Origin: Octopus sinensis
Lineage: Eukaryota
Reading direction: 5' to 3'
Assembly (NCBI RefSeq): GCF_006345805.1
Contig: NC_043002.1
Location: 81,158,001-81,222,000, forward strand
Length of the DNA: 64,000 bases
Shown: positions 26,897-41,279 of the stretch, one piece after another
Position numbering within the stretch: position 1 is the stretch's first letter
How the letters are laid out: the number at the start of each line of letters is the position of its first letter
Notes under the pieces: generated by a model
Databases searched by the model: none
The model's input: only the letters and a program-made list of their open reading frames with translations
Told to the model about the DNA's origin: nothing
Translations under genes and position numbers: made by a program

Positions 26897-27394
26897 ATAT
26901 AGTGTCCCCCTTCCTGCCATAAAATAAAATATTAAAAACGTCGCGAAATTAAACTCAACGACGTCATTACTTTTAACACACATACACTTACATATATATA
27001 TACATATATATATATATACACATATATATATATATACCCATATATATATATAGTATATATATATATAAGATATTATATATACCCATATAGATATAATATA
27101 TAATTATATATATATATATATACATAATATATACATATATATACATATATATATATATATATACATACATATATATATACATATATATACGGTTAAAAAC
27201 GGTAGTTATATCGTTCCTGCGAAATAGCCAAGATGAAGTGGCGATAAGCATTATCTCTCAGTATATATATATATATCTATATATATATATATATATAATA
27301 TATATATATATACTGAGAGATAATGCTTATCGCCCCTCATCTTGGCTATTTCGCAGGAAACGATATAACTACCGTTTTTAACCGTATATATATG

Positions 27395-27443
<49 letters not shown>

Positions 27444-27448
27444 ATATT

Positions 27449-27489
<41 letters not shown>

Positions 27490-27672
27490 GTATATATATA
27501 TCTATATATATATATTATATATATATGGGTATATATATATATATATATGTGTATATATATATATATGTATATATATATGTAAGTGTATGTGTGTTAAAAG
27601 TAATGACGTCGTTGAGTTTAATTTCGCGACGTTTTTAATATTTTATTTTATGCAGGAATGGGGACACTATAT
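26897..27672. repeat. About 775-bp palindrome (arms about 365 bp) centred on a (TA)n spacer
   Basis: Arms 26897-27262 and 27312-27672 are near-exact reverse complements, including unique segments. Confidence 0.92.
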
Positions 27673-27807
27673 CTAAAATAGAACAATTAACATTACAAAT
27701 TTCATTATTACTATTAATATTAATTAATATTAATTTTGTTATTATTATTATTATTATTATTATTGATGTTGTCGATGGTGGTGGTGATGGTGGTGGTTAT
27801 AGTAGTT

Positions 27808-27855
<48 letters not shown>

Positions 27856-28178
27856 GTAGTAGTAGTAGTAGTAGTGATTGCTTTTCGAATAGTGCTAATA
27901 TTGCCCAGCCCTTATTAACTAAAACACGTTTGTCATTTGCTCATGTAAAAGCATTCAAGATAGTACGATCAAATATGTATGTATATATGTGTGTGTGTTT
28001 GTCTATGCATACACACACACACACATAACGCACACACATACATACATATACACATGCATACATACATACATGCATATACACATACATACATACATACATA
28101 CATACATACATACATACATACATACATAAATACATACATACATAAATATATACATACATACATACATACATACATACA

Positions 28179-28209
<31 letters not shown>

Positions 28210-28489
28210 TAAACGCAGGACAGAAATCAAATAACAAAGACAATTTCTATTTCTTTTACATACGAGGGTAACGACATAGATGGTAATAACAATGACAACA
28301 GTTTCCACAAACTATTATTCAATTCAAGTTGTCATAGATTTTCAGAAAATAACCGAATGAACTCTACTCCAATTCGTACTCCCGGGAGTATTTGTGCATA
28401 TATACACATAAAGACACGCAGGCACGCACATATACATACAAGTATTTAAACCAACGAACATATCTGTATGTATATATGTATATTTAAAT

Positions 28490-28640
28490 TTTTTCTTCCC
28501 ACCGTTTTCTTTCTTCTCTCCATTGTTTTCTTTCTCAATTCATTTCTGAAGGAGAGCCAAGGCTCAAAACATCAAAGACTTCCATTTTCCTGACCGCCAA
28601 ACTAATACACCGTGTTTCTTGTTCCCTCATTGTTAAATAT
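28490..28640 (+). mobile_element. Penelope-terminus-like repeat (family P) with decayed hammerhead at 28543-28576
   Basis: TTT-CTGAAGG-A-GAGC(CAAG)GCTC-AAA-ACAT-C-AAA; flanks resemble 49875-50065. Confidence 0.6.
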
Positions 28641-28644
28641 ATAT

Positions 28645-28797
28645 GTATATACATTATTTACATTATTTACAATTGACAGATATTTGTCCTCATCTTGTTT
28701 GTTGTTAACACAAGTTTTCGGCTGATATACCCTCCCTCCTTCATCAAGTGTCTTGGGGAAGTTTCGAACCTGAGTTCTCATTCCTAAGGTATTTTTC
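28645..28797 (-). mobile_element. Inverted headless tail of family H abutting the intact copy; decayed HHR at 28707-28752
   Basis: Reverse complement matches about 29010-29165. Confidence 0.85.
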
Positions 28798-28868
28798 GGG
28801 CATATGGCGTAGTGGTTAAGAGCGCGGGCTACTAACCTCAAGATTCCGAGTTCGATTCCAGTCAGTGA

Positions 28869-28936
<68 letters not shown>

Positions 28937-28939
28937 TTA

Positions 28940-28974
<35 letters not shown>

Positions 28975-29185
28975 AATGATAATAATAACAACAACAACAA
29001 CAACAACAATAACAACATCGAAAAATACCTTAGGAATGAGAACACAGGCTCGAAATTTCCCCAAGACACCTGATGAAGGCTGTAATGTATATCAGCCGAA
29101 ACGTTGTGTTAACAACAAGCAAGATGAGGACAAATATCTGTCAATTGTAAATAATGTACATAATTCCTCATCTCTTAAATATAGA
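28798..29185 (+). mobile_element. tRNA-headed SINE family H with internal (AAT)/(GAT)/(AAC)n and hammerhead tail
   Basis: A box TGGCGTAGTGG, B box GAGTTCGATTCC; the acceptor stem does not close, so it is not a tRNA gene. Confidence 0.9.
29065..29110 (+). ncRNA. Minimal type-I hammerhead ribozyme motif, intact core
   Basis: GACAC-CTGATGA-A-GGCTG(TAATGTATAT)CAGCC-GAA-ACGT-T-GTGTT: 5-bp stem I, 5-bp stem II, palindromic stem III, GUU cleavage triplet. Confidence 0.8.
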
Positions 29186-29189
29186 ACTG

Positions 29190-29220
<31 letters not shown>

Positions 29221-29567
29221 TGTGTGTGTGTGTGTGTGTATGTATATATGCATGTATGACTGTGTGTATGTATGCATGTAAATATGCATGTATAAGAGGA
29301 ATTGCGATGAACACAAATTATAGCGTTTGTTCCTACGTACGTTTCAACTGTGTGGTTGTTTAAAAGTCCTGCGTTGGATGTTCCAAGTGCTACTTGATGC
29401 TCAGCCACAACGGATCCTTAGGGGAACACTTTATCGCATTATCTTACAGATACTAACTATGCTTATGTGTGTGTGTGTGTTTATATATATATATATGTAT
29501 GCATGTATATATATATGAATGTATATATATGTATATATATGCATATATATATATGTATGTATATATT

Positions 29568-29602
<35 letters not shown>

Positions 29603-29616
29603 AAATATATATATAC

Positions 29617-29704
<88 letters not shown>

Positions 29705-29979
29705 ATATATATATGAAAGTTGTGTCATAAATCTCAGTGCTTGTTTAGTATTAAGAAATTTCAAAATATTTATTCATGTCTCTCTCTTTTATTTTATTTT
29801 ATTTCAGGATATTTTATTTTTATGTTATTTCATTTTATTCCCACATGTCCGCTAATCTGTTCGTGCGTTCAACCACGAATGAACAAAGTTGCTGAAATCA
29901 GAAATACTATCTCTATGCCGCCAGACTCAAAATTCGAATAAAAGAGATTTTATTTTATTTTCTATCTTCTTTTTCTTAC

Positions 29980-30086
29980 CTCACTAGGGTAAATAGAAAG
30001 TAGTGCACCTGGGTTTCCACCAATTCGGGATCTACTCTTTCAGATTTCACCCGTTTCTCTCTCATCTGATACCAATTTAGTATCGA
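29980..30086 (-). CDS. Candidate internal coding exon, unknown protein
   Basis: aatttgcag|TCG...GTGAG|gtaaga; open frame SILNWYQMREKRVKSERVDPELVETQVHYFLFTLV(R/S); no homolog recognised. Confidence 0.3.
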
Positions 30087-30961
30087 CTGCAAATTTACTG
30101 GTTTACTTTAAAATACTTTGATGTAGAAAGCCGTTGCATCAAATGAAAGTCAGTTCTTTGAAAAAGCATAAAGATACTTGAAACTCTCTTCAAAGGTTGC
30201 GAATGCACTCATCTAGTTAAAAGAATGATTGATGATAACATATGTGTATGTTTGTGTGTGTGGTGTGTAGAAGAATGATGGTGTGTGTGCGTGTACGTAT
30301 GTGTGTGTGTGTGCGCGTGTATGTGTGCGAGTGCGCTTGCTTGCTCCCACGCGTGCTTGCGTGAGTGTATATGTGAGTATACGAAAAGTGTATATATGTG
30401 GATGTATGTGCGTATTTATTACTAAATACTGTTCTCCGTTTGTAATTTTTACCACAAGAATTAATACTAATAGAGTTGGGTACTATATACACTAATTCAT
30501 GAATTAATGTTGATTTCTGATCTAATCAATCGCTTCCGTTTTATTATGATGGGAAATGAGAGTGTGTGGAGTTCATGCATTTTTTTTCATGATCATACCT
30601 GGCGTAAGTGAAGTTAAAGTCTTCAGTCTAGGTTCTACACCAGACTGTGATAGTTTCACGCTAAGTCACCCATTCCATTTACAACAGAAATATACTAATC
30701 GTTTCTGAATATATATATTTCAACAGAACTATACTAAACGTTTCTGAATCACAACGAACATCGGAGAGAAGATCAACTACAATTTCTGTAGTGTATTACC
30801 TACATCACAAATATGAAAAACAAACATAACCCCTAGTTGATGAATGAAAGCATCAAGGAACTTAATGAAACAGTAATGTCGACTGGTTCTACCATGTCAA
30901 TACCTTGACAGACATTAATATCAGAATTATATTACACAGTCAATAATATTTTTTTTACCAA

Positions 30962-31213
30962 TATCTTTTATCTTTTATCTTTTACTTGTTTAGGTCATTA
31001 GACTTCGGCCATGCTGGGGCAACGCCTTGTAGAATTTTTAGTCGAATCAATCGACCTTAGTACACTTTTTTTTTTTTTTTGTTAAGCTTGGTACTTATTC
31101 TAGCGGTCTCTCGTGCTGAACAGCTACTTTACGTGGACGTAAACACACCAACACCAGTTGTCCAGCGGACGTGCGGGACAAACACAGACACGAACACACA
31201 CAGACACACACAG

Positions 31214-31248
<35 letters not shown>

Positions 31249-31400
31249 CATACATATATACGACGGGCTTCTTTCAGTTTCCGTCTATCAAATCCATTCA
31301 CAAGGCTTTAGTCGGCCCGAGGACTTGCCGAATGTGCCACGCAGAGCGACTGAACTCAGAACCAGGTGGTTGGAAAGCCAGCTTCTAACCACACAGCTAC
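30962..31400 (-). mobile_element. SINE family A copy
   Basis: Reverse complement colinear with 14896-15310, with an internal deletion. Confidence 0.85.
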
Positions 31401-32481
31401 GTCTATAATGGAGAATGTTTTTTACAAAATAGCAATGACAAGTAAGCAAATATAATGAACAGGACCATCTCGAGCGTGTGTCTGGGTAGATTTAGTAATT
31501 ATATTAAAATCCCAGAAGTTTTGGCGTTGGTGGAGTTAGTGGCGTTGAGTTTCATTGCCGTTTATGATTTTAAAAATTGTATAAAAGTTCGCCTTGGTGG
31601 CTGTTGTGGCGGTGGCAGGAAGTTATGTTGCTGCTGATTATTTTGCTGCTGCTGCTGTTGCTGTTGTTGTTGTTGTTGTTGTTGTTGTTATTGTTTTGTT
31701 GTTGTTGTTTAACTACAAATCAGCCCTGATCAAATAAATCAAAGATCAAAGGTGCTCCAGCGTAGGCGAGCCGGTCCTTTTTTTGTACACGAGGAACTGA
31801 ATAATTTAATATGTCCTTCGTTATGTAAGACGTTAGAGACAGCGTGCAACATAACCCATATTATTTTCTGATAGGTCGCTCGATCCGCTAGAAATAGTAG
31901 CCAGATCTCTTTCAAATTGCACCTTACCGATGTAAATTAGAGGTAATTTGAAGCAGATCGGAAACAAACAAAAAAAAACTGCACGTAGTAAGATGTACTT
32001 TTAGATACTTTATGTCTGAAATCGAGACGAAATGAATAAGGCTAAAATGCCTTAGATTATAGGTATTCTAAATCTGAGTATACCAGAGACTAAACAAAAA
32101 CATGAAGGGAGGTACTTTATCATTCTCATCTTAGTGAAAACATGCAATATCCGGGATATTATCTCTGCATTTTACATCAAGTCTGTAGTTCGATAAACTA
32201 AGATTAATAACCCGTAACCAATCCGACCTTGCCTTGAGGGCAAATAACACACTGCAAGCCAAAGAAACACTCGTTCATATCCCTGTGCTCGTTAATATTG
32301 TTAATTCCCAAGTGAATTGCACACCACTTCCGGTGTCAATTGGCCGCTAAGAGGTAAATGTCTTGGCCACTTCACACAGAATCTTTAGAGCGTCAGAAAA
32401 AAATGCCTTGCGTTATTTGTTCCGAGTCAGTAAACCTGAGTTCAAATTCCTTGTCAAGTGTGCTTTCTTCCTTTCGGGATT

Positions 32482-32729
32482 GTTTTATTTGTTTATTTCA
32501 GTCATTTGACTGCGGCCATGCTGGAGCACCACCTTGAATTTTTAGTCGAATGGATCGACCCCTTAGACTTAGTTTTTAAAAGCCTGGTACTCATTCTATC
32601 AATATCTTTTGCCGAGCTGCTATGTTATGGGGAAGTAAACACACCAACACATTTTGTCAAGCAGTAGTGGGAGGCAAAAGCACATACAATGACACACACG
32701 TGCAAACACAAACACGCACTCATACGCAC

Positions 32730-32761
<32 letters not shown>

Positions 32762-32905
32762 GTGCAACGAGCTTTCGTCTACCCAATCCACTCACAAGGC
32801 TTTGGTCGGCCCGAGGATATAGTAGAAGACACTTGCCCAAGGTGTCACACAGTGGGACTGAACCAGGAACCAGGTGATTGAGAAGCAAGATTCTTACCAC
32901 ACTGC
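32482..32905 (-). mobile_element. SINE family A copy
   Basis: Reverse complement colinear with 14896-15310. Confidence 0.85.
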
Positions 32906-33596
32906 TAACACTAGTACCAATCAAGTATATACTTGAATTGTACTTGAATGTACTGACTAACCCCGTCCCTTCAAAACTGATGACCTTTCTGCCTAAATCA
33001 GAAACCACTTTACCCGATACATAGTGACACGGAATATGCCCCGGAGTCGATGTCTGGATCTCTGCATGTGGAAACAAGCAGCTACACACACTGGAAGAGG
33101 AATATTGTTCCAGAGATAAATCAAAATTGATCCGCGTATTTGTTTCACCGATATCATATCACCGCATGAATCCATTTCTCGACGTCTATTATAGATATAT
33201 GAGTCAATAATGTTATCTTTTTCTTATAATGGAACTTGCTTTTTGGTTTTGAATTACCATTCATAGGTAGGCAAATATAAATAACGGAATCTACTCAAGC
33301 ATTTGGATAGATTTAGTTCATTTATTGGAATCCCATGAGTCTCCTGAGATGAGGTGGAGCTGGCGGCATTGGTTTCCATCGCCGTCTTTTGATATGGATA
33401 CTATAAAAATAATGGTAGCGGCGTGGTGGAAGCAGTGGCAATGGAGGGGCCTGATATTTCTGCTAGTTATCGTGTTGTATATATATCCAAGTCAAGCCTG
33501 ATCGAACAAATACAAGAACAAAGGTTTTCCAGCCATGACCATCCCGCCTTTTTTTAATGCGAGGGATTGAATTGTTCACTGTATATTACCAATGTA

Positions 33597-33820
33597 CAAT
33601 AATCCTTCGACTATCGCGGATTTTACGTTCCAAAACCCACCGCGATAGATGAAAATCTGCGAAGTTGTAACAGTACTGCACTGTATATATATATATTTTA
33701 TTTTTATAATTCGTATATATCTATTTTGTGATAAATGCAAAACAACACCACAGAGGAATCGACCTAAGCTTAAATAATAAACCGTGATAGGTGAACCCCG
33801 ATATCGCGAGGGATTCTTTG
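33597..33820 (-). mobile_element. Tigger/pogo-type MITE, sister of 24196-24454
   Basis: Shared TIRs and internal gcaaaacaacaccac...gaggaatcgac...agcttaaataataaacc. Confidence 0.8.
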
Positions 33821-33836
33821 TGTATGACGGTAGGGT

Positions 33837-34042
33837 GGAGGCACGTGGCTAAGTGGTTAGGGGTGGTGGACTCATGATCGTAAGATTATGGTTTCGATTC
33901 CTGGACCGGGCGACGCGTTGTATTTGTGAGCAAAACACTTCATTTTCACGTTGCTCCAGTCCACTCAACTGGCAAAAATAAGTAATCCTGTGATAGGAAC
34001 CGTGAAACCAGCCCCTATGAGTCTGTATGACTCGGAAGGAAC
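33837..34042 (+). mobile_element. SINE family C
   Basis: TGGCTAAGTGG and GTTTCGATTCC boxes; body gagcaaaacacttcattttcacgttgctccagtccactca shared with 14187, 47358 and 53931 copies. Confidence 0.85.
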
Positions 34043-34473
34043 AAGACGGTAGGGTTTAGTGTCAGGGAGATTTGGCTACTTTTTCTTTGCATGTCATACG
34101 TTATGTTGATATTGATCGTTGAAATAATTTGCCGTGTTCTGGGGGGTTTATCCTGTTTCAAAAGACACGCATCTAAAGTGGACCCGGAGTAAAATATTTC
34201 CACTGTAGTAATTCTCTGAAATGCTAACAGAATGGTCGAGATTTCATTATTTCAGCAGGAGGACACTTCTTAGATCCTAATTTATTTCACCTATCGTAAA
34301 AAAAAAAAAAAAAACGTGGTTGTGTGGTAAAAAGTTTGCTTCCCAACCAGATTGTTTGGGTTTCAGTCCCAGAGCGTGGTACCTTGAGTGTCTTCTACTA
34401 TATATCTTCAGATTCTATTCAACAATAAAACTATGTTTTAAAACACAAAAACACACAACCATAAACATATATA

Positions 34474-34688
34474 TGATGATTGCTGAAAAGATCCAGGCTT
34501 TGGATAAAAGAAAATACAGGAGGATCAGTTAATCTTGATTTTATTCAACATATTCCCCTCTATAGATTCGCACACTTGTTGCAGTGTTCAATCAGTTTTT
34601 CTAAGCCTTGTAAAAGATCTCGGCAGGTTGGGCCACCAACCAGGCCTTTTGCGATACCTTAAAGTTAGGATCTTTTCATTACTTCTCG
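34474..34688 (+). mobile_element. Mariner-type MITE (about 215 bp), TA-flanked
   Basis: Left TGATGATTGCTGAAAAGATCC and right GGATCTTTTCATTACTTCTCG|TA imperfect TIRs. Confidence 0.7.
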
Positions 34689-35004
34689 TACATACATACT
34701 TAGATATACAAATGTTCTGTTTTATAGTGTGCGAAATTAAAGATTTCCGTCAAACTTACATTGTTCTAAACACCAACAAATTTATTCTTTATTACTTCTA
34801 AAATTAATTGAAACAAAAGGAGGAGTATTTTAACCGAAATATATTGACAAAGCGGTTAGTTTAGGCTCATAATTCTGAAACAGTGCATTGCAGGGGCTAT
34901 TTAGGTGTCCCGTTGGATTTTGAACATATAAATTGAGCCTTTACAACCTCCATTTTAATATTTGAGCTTTTCCAAAAACAGATGATAGTATATAATTTTA
35001 TGTC

Positions 35005-35852
35005 TTTATTGCCAACAAGGGGCTAAAGATAGAGGGGGAAAACAAGGACAGACAAAGGGATTAAGTCGATTACATCAACCCCACTGCATAACTGGTATTT
35101 AATTTATCGACCCCGAAAAGATGAAACGCAAAGTCGACCTCGGCGGAATTTGAACTCAGAACGTAACGGTAGACGAAATACCTATTTCTTTATTACCCAC
35201 AAGGGACTAAACATAGAGGGGACAAACAAGTACAGACAAAGGGTTTAAGTCGATTACATCGACCCCACTGCGTAACTGGTACTTAATTTATCGACCCCGA
35301 AAGGATGAAAGGCAAAGTTGATATCGGTGGAATTTGAACTCAGAACGTAACGGTAGACGAAATACCTATTTCTTTACTACCCACAAGAGGCTAAACACAG
35401 GGGTAATAAACAAGGACAGACAAACGGATTAAGTCGATTACATCAACACCTGTGCGTAACTGGTACTTATTTAAGTAAGTATATAGGCGGCGAGCTGGCA
35501 GAAACGTTAGCACGCCGGGTGAAATGCTTAGCGGTATTTCGTCTGCGTTACGTTGTGAGTTCAAATTCCGCCGAGGTCGACTTTGCTTTTCATCCTTTCG
35601 GGGTCGATAAATTAAGTACCAGTTACGCACTGGGTCGATATAATCGACTCAATCCGTTTGTCTGTCCTTGCTTGTCCCCTCTGTGTTTAACCCCTTGTGG
35701 ATAATAAAGAAATAGGTACTTATTTAATCGACCCCAAAAGAATGAAAGGCAAAGTCGACCTCGGCGGAATTTGAACTCAGAACGTAACGGCAGACGAAAT
35801 ACCGCTGAGCATTTCACCCGGCATGCTAACGTTTCTGCTAGCTCACCGCCTT
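35005..35852. mobile_element. SINE family B multimer: three tandem minus units, a full plus copy (35486-35716) and an inverted partial
   Basis: Unit repeats visible directly; head ggcggcgagctggcagaaacgttagc, B box GAGTTCAAATTCC. Confidence 0.92.
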
Positions 35853-36492
35853 ATGATAGTTCATAATCTTGTTAAACACAAATATGGTTAATAAAACATG
35901 ATATGCACATGAGTTATTCTTTTATCGATTATATCCAGGGGCTGTAACTTTGCTGGGACACATTTTTTAAATCTTTACCGTTAGAATAGTTTCTTTTTTA
36001 ACGTTACAAGCGACTTGTGCCATATATTTTTTACATCTGATTTCCGGTGCGTCACGAAATCAAAGAAGATGGATAACTACTGGTTATAAAAGTGAACTGC
36101 GCCAATTCGAAGTATCAAACTATTAGATGTACTAGAATCAAGGCCTTTCAAACTGATGCTGTATGAGGTTTGTAATATATTGCAAATTAGGAGTAATCCC
36201 AACTAAATAAATACAATTCGTGCATTTAAAAAAAATATGTGAATATTCTTTCAGACAAGGAGTTATAACTTGCAAATTATGTGCAAAAATGTAAATTGAG
36301 AAGTGTACATTGGTAAGCCTTTTTGAAACTGTATTTTTGAACTAAGTTACTTCTAAGATATTACCGAATTAATTCAGCTCATTAAAACTATAATGATAAA
36401 TAAATTACATTAATTTTTCACAGAGAAACAAGGCCAGAAATATTGGGAGTTGAAAAAGATAGATAGATAGATAGATAGATTAGATTGATAGA

Positions 36493-36528
<36 letters not shown>

Positions 36529-36533
36529 AACAC

Positions 36534-36597
<64 letters not shown>

Positions 36598-36858
36598 CTA
36601 GGCACATATATGTGACTGCCTTAGTTTTTGGTTATTATCTTAAAAAATTGATAATAAACGATCTACAGAGGAGGAGTTATTATATTTAAGAGTAAAAAGA
36701 GAAACTCGGTCCCATTCCCAGCAATTTTGCGTGTATTTGTGTGTGTGTGCGTGGCTATATATATGCATGTATGTATATCTTTTATTTGCTCCATACACAC
36801 ACGCACGCTGACAAGCGCGCGAACGACCCAAACAATATGCATATATATATATATACAT

Positions 36859-38095
<1,237 letters not shown>

Positions 38096-38103
38096 ACTGG
38101 GAT

Positions 38104-38138
<35 letters not shown>

Positions 38139-38477
38139 AGAGTAATTAAGATCCAATTGAATTATGTACTTAAGTTGAAGCACCTAGTTAGTCCGGTATT
38201 ATCCGCACAGCTTCAAGTAAGGGGAATAAAATCCAAATAAGTAACAGGATGTCAAGTAGTAATGCAGTGCGACCGTTTCAAGCGGCTCCATTTAACTGAA
38301 CAATGTAATCATTGCATCAATTTAAATACAGCGCTATCTTCAGCTGCAGAAAATATGGATTTTCAACAGACAAGATATATATTATAATTTTTCTTAAACA
38401 TTTTAACAGAGCAAGTGAATGGAAGACTTTCTTGTTATCACTATTGCAGCAAGAATAGTGTCAACACAAACACAGAC

Positions 38478-38557
<80 letters not shown>

Positions 38558-40608
38558 TTTTGTTCAACCCAAAGCTATAGTAGAAGACACTTTCCCAAGG
38601 TGTCATGCAGTTGGACTGAACCCGGAACCATGTCGTTGGGAAGCAAACTTCTATCGACACAGCCCTGCCTGCACCTACTGTGATCACACATGCACACACA
38701 TATCTATATATGTATGTATAATGCATATATATATTCGTATCGGTAAATTGTATATACATATATATATATATATATATATACATACATATATATTTATATA
38801 TACACACGCATAAATATAAACTTGCAAACATTATGTATGTGCGTGTGTGTGTGTGTGTGTTTGTATGTGTGTATTGGCATGTATGTATATGAGTATGTAT
38901 GCATCGAAATATAAAAACAGATATAGAGATATAGAGAGGTATATAGAGGAAGAGAAGAAAAGAATTTGCAACGAAAACGAAACGATTTCACAAGAGACCT
39001 CCAAGAGCAGCGTGGAATTTGCAGCAATACTATCACTGCCATGCCGTCGCATTTATGTTTGATGTAATTAAGCCTGGTGTATGTAATTAACAACGAAATT
39101 AAGACGGCTCTGTATGAAAAGGCTATATAATCTAGTCTGTAGTGCAGCATGGAAATGTGCAATAGAACAAACAGAATATTCCATTGACTATGCTTACTTA
39201 ATTGCATTTGGATACCAATGAATAATCGTACTAATCTAAATTGGAACATTCCAGGGACACATTTAGTGTTAACTTAGTTGTAAATCTGGTGGTAGTCGTA
39301 GTGGTGGTCTTTGTATTGAGCTCGGCCATGATCGCTCACTTCACTGCGTGCGTGGATGTTGCAGGGAGGGTCTGTGTTGGTCATTTTTTATGAGTAAAAA
39401 TCGCTGCTCATTTCCTTCTTGTGTTCCTGTTATTCATTAAGCAAGGCCTATTAGAATTTTCTAGTAGAATTATCGGGCGTTCGCTTATATTGGTTTGTCT
39501 GTCTGCTTGTAATCTGAAGACCCCCCGCAACGTCGTGGGTGATTTAGATGCACGTCTCATGAACCACTATCACGCGCGCACACACAAGCGCACACACACA
39601 CACGCACACACATACGTACATAGACACATGCGTACACATCATAGCCACTATCTTAATACAGAAACGATTACTATCAATGCTAAACATAAATACTACCATC
39701 GTTCCCTTGAGTTTTCCCGCCAATTTGACTACCATCATCATCATCACTACCACCACAACCACCACCAATGCCAACACCGATTCCATCACCCCTTCCCCCC
39801 CACACACACACACATTACCAAACTCAGCACCACCGCTGCTAACGCTAATAAAATCACCAATGAATACCACCAACACCAAAATTAACGCCACCACCAACTC
39901 CGCAAATACTACGACCATCTCTACTATTGCCACCACCACTACTACCATTATGGTGTTCCCCATATCTAACACCAAAACTCAATAAGAATGTCTCTACTAG
40001 GTCGAGATAACTATTGGAAACAGCCGGCAAATATCCTTCCATTTTAGCCCATCATACAAATCTATAGAAAAGAAATCTCATTTACTTAATTTGCCACGCC
40101 GTGGGATCGAAACCGGAATCTAATGGTAGCAAAGCAAACGTCTTAACCAGTGGCCTATACAACGCCTATAGTAAAGTATGCATTCCTATATTTTTCATGA
40201 CTTTTCTTTATTATCACTACCTTTAAAGCGACTTAAAATCAAGTGAGGTTTAGAACGAAATCGTCAGATAGAAGACCTGGCCCGAAGAGTTGCCGTAGAG
40301 TAGGATCTTCCGATGAAGCAACTAAGAGCCACGTGATGGAGTTAAACCTGATGAGAGATCAATTCCATTAGCTAAGTAGACTATGGTAGGATATGAACTG
40401 AGGGTGCAAACATTCAGAGTATATACCGCAGGGCAGTGTCTCCTTATTGGTAACATATCTGTCTGTTCGCTTCCAGAGAAACCATATGTACGTTCATTTA
40501 TGCATGTAAATGCAAATGATCCTGTACAACTACGTATGTGATTTATATGTGTATACAAATGTATGTGTGTATGCATTCATGTATGCATGCTCGTATGCAT
40601 GTCTGTCC

Positions 40609-40642
<34 letters not shown>

Positions 40643-41279
40643 ATGTATGTATGTATGTGTGTATGTATGTATGTATGTATGCATACATGTATGTATGTAG
40701 GTTTATATGTATGCCATTATTCAGTTTTATTTCAAGAAATCTTGCCAATAGAGAAAAAGCCAGTTTCTAACCTAGATCCAAGGCTGCTTCAGTGGAATTT
40801 CAACATCAACAGCAGCGTATTTTTGTACGTATGTATGTATGTATGTATGTATGTATGTATGTATGTATGTATGTATGTATGTATGTATGTATGTATGTAT
40901 GTATATGTGCAGATTTGTAAGTTTTGTCTTATGTATGTCTTCTCATGCATATACTTGCATATCTAGACATGCTCATATATAATTGAATGATGAACTTCTG
41001 GAAAGTTTTACAGATTTTTACAGTTCCAGTGATGGCTTGGATCTGTAGTCTTCGATATTGATGATTTGTAGGTACATGGTATTTCGTTATGCAACCATAA
41101 TATACTATAAAGTATATTAAATGTTTTTATAAGTCAATACCATGCCCTACTGTGTTAGCACTGCTATTACATCACTTGTTAAGGTTATCTCTACGGATAT
41201 TTTTAAGAAAGTACAGCCAGCACTGATTTTTGCTACCACGTTTCGTATACGAGACGTCAGATATAAAAAAAAACCCAGA

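Noticed and set aside
28798-28872. Possible tRNA gene (also heads at 5385, 14350-14429, 33837, 53931)
   Set aside because: A and B boxes are present but acceptor and anticodon stems do not close, and each continues into a shared repeat body, so they are SINE heads
30588-30608. CATGATCA and ATACCTGGC words reminiscent of U1 snRNA
   Set aside because: Wrong order, and no remainder of U1 or Sm site
35005-35470. Regularly spaced repeats superficially like a CRISPR array
   Set aside because: Units are about 185-bp SINE multimers with no unique spacers; eukaryotic context, no cas genes
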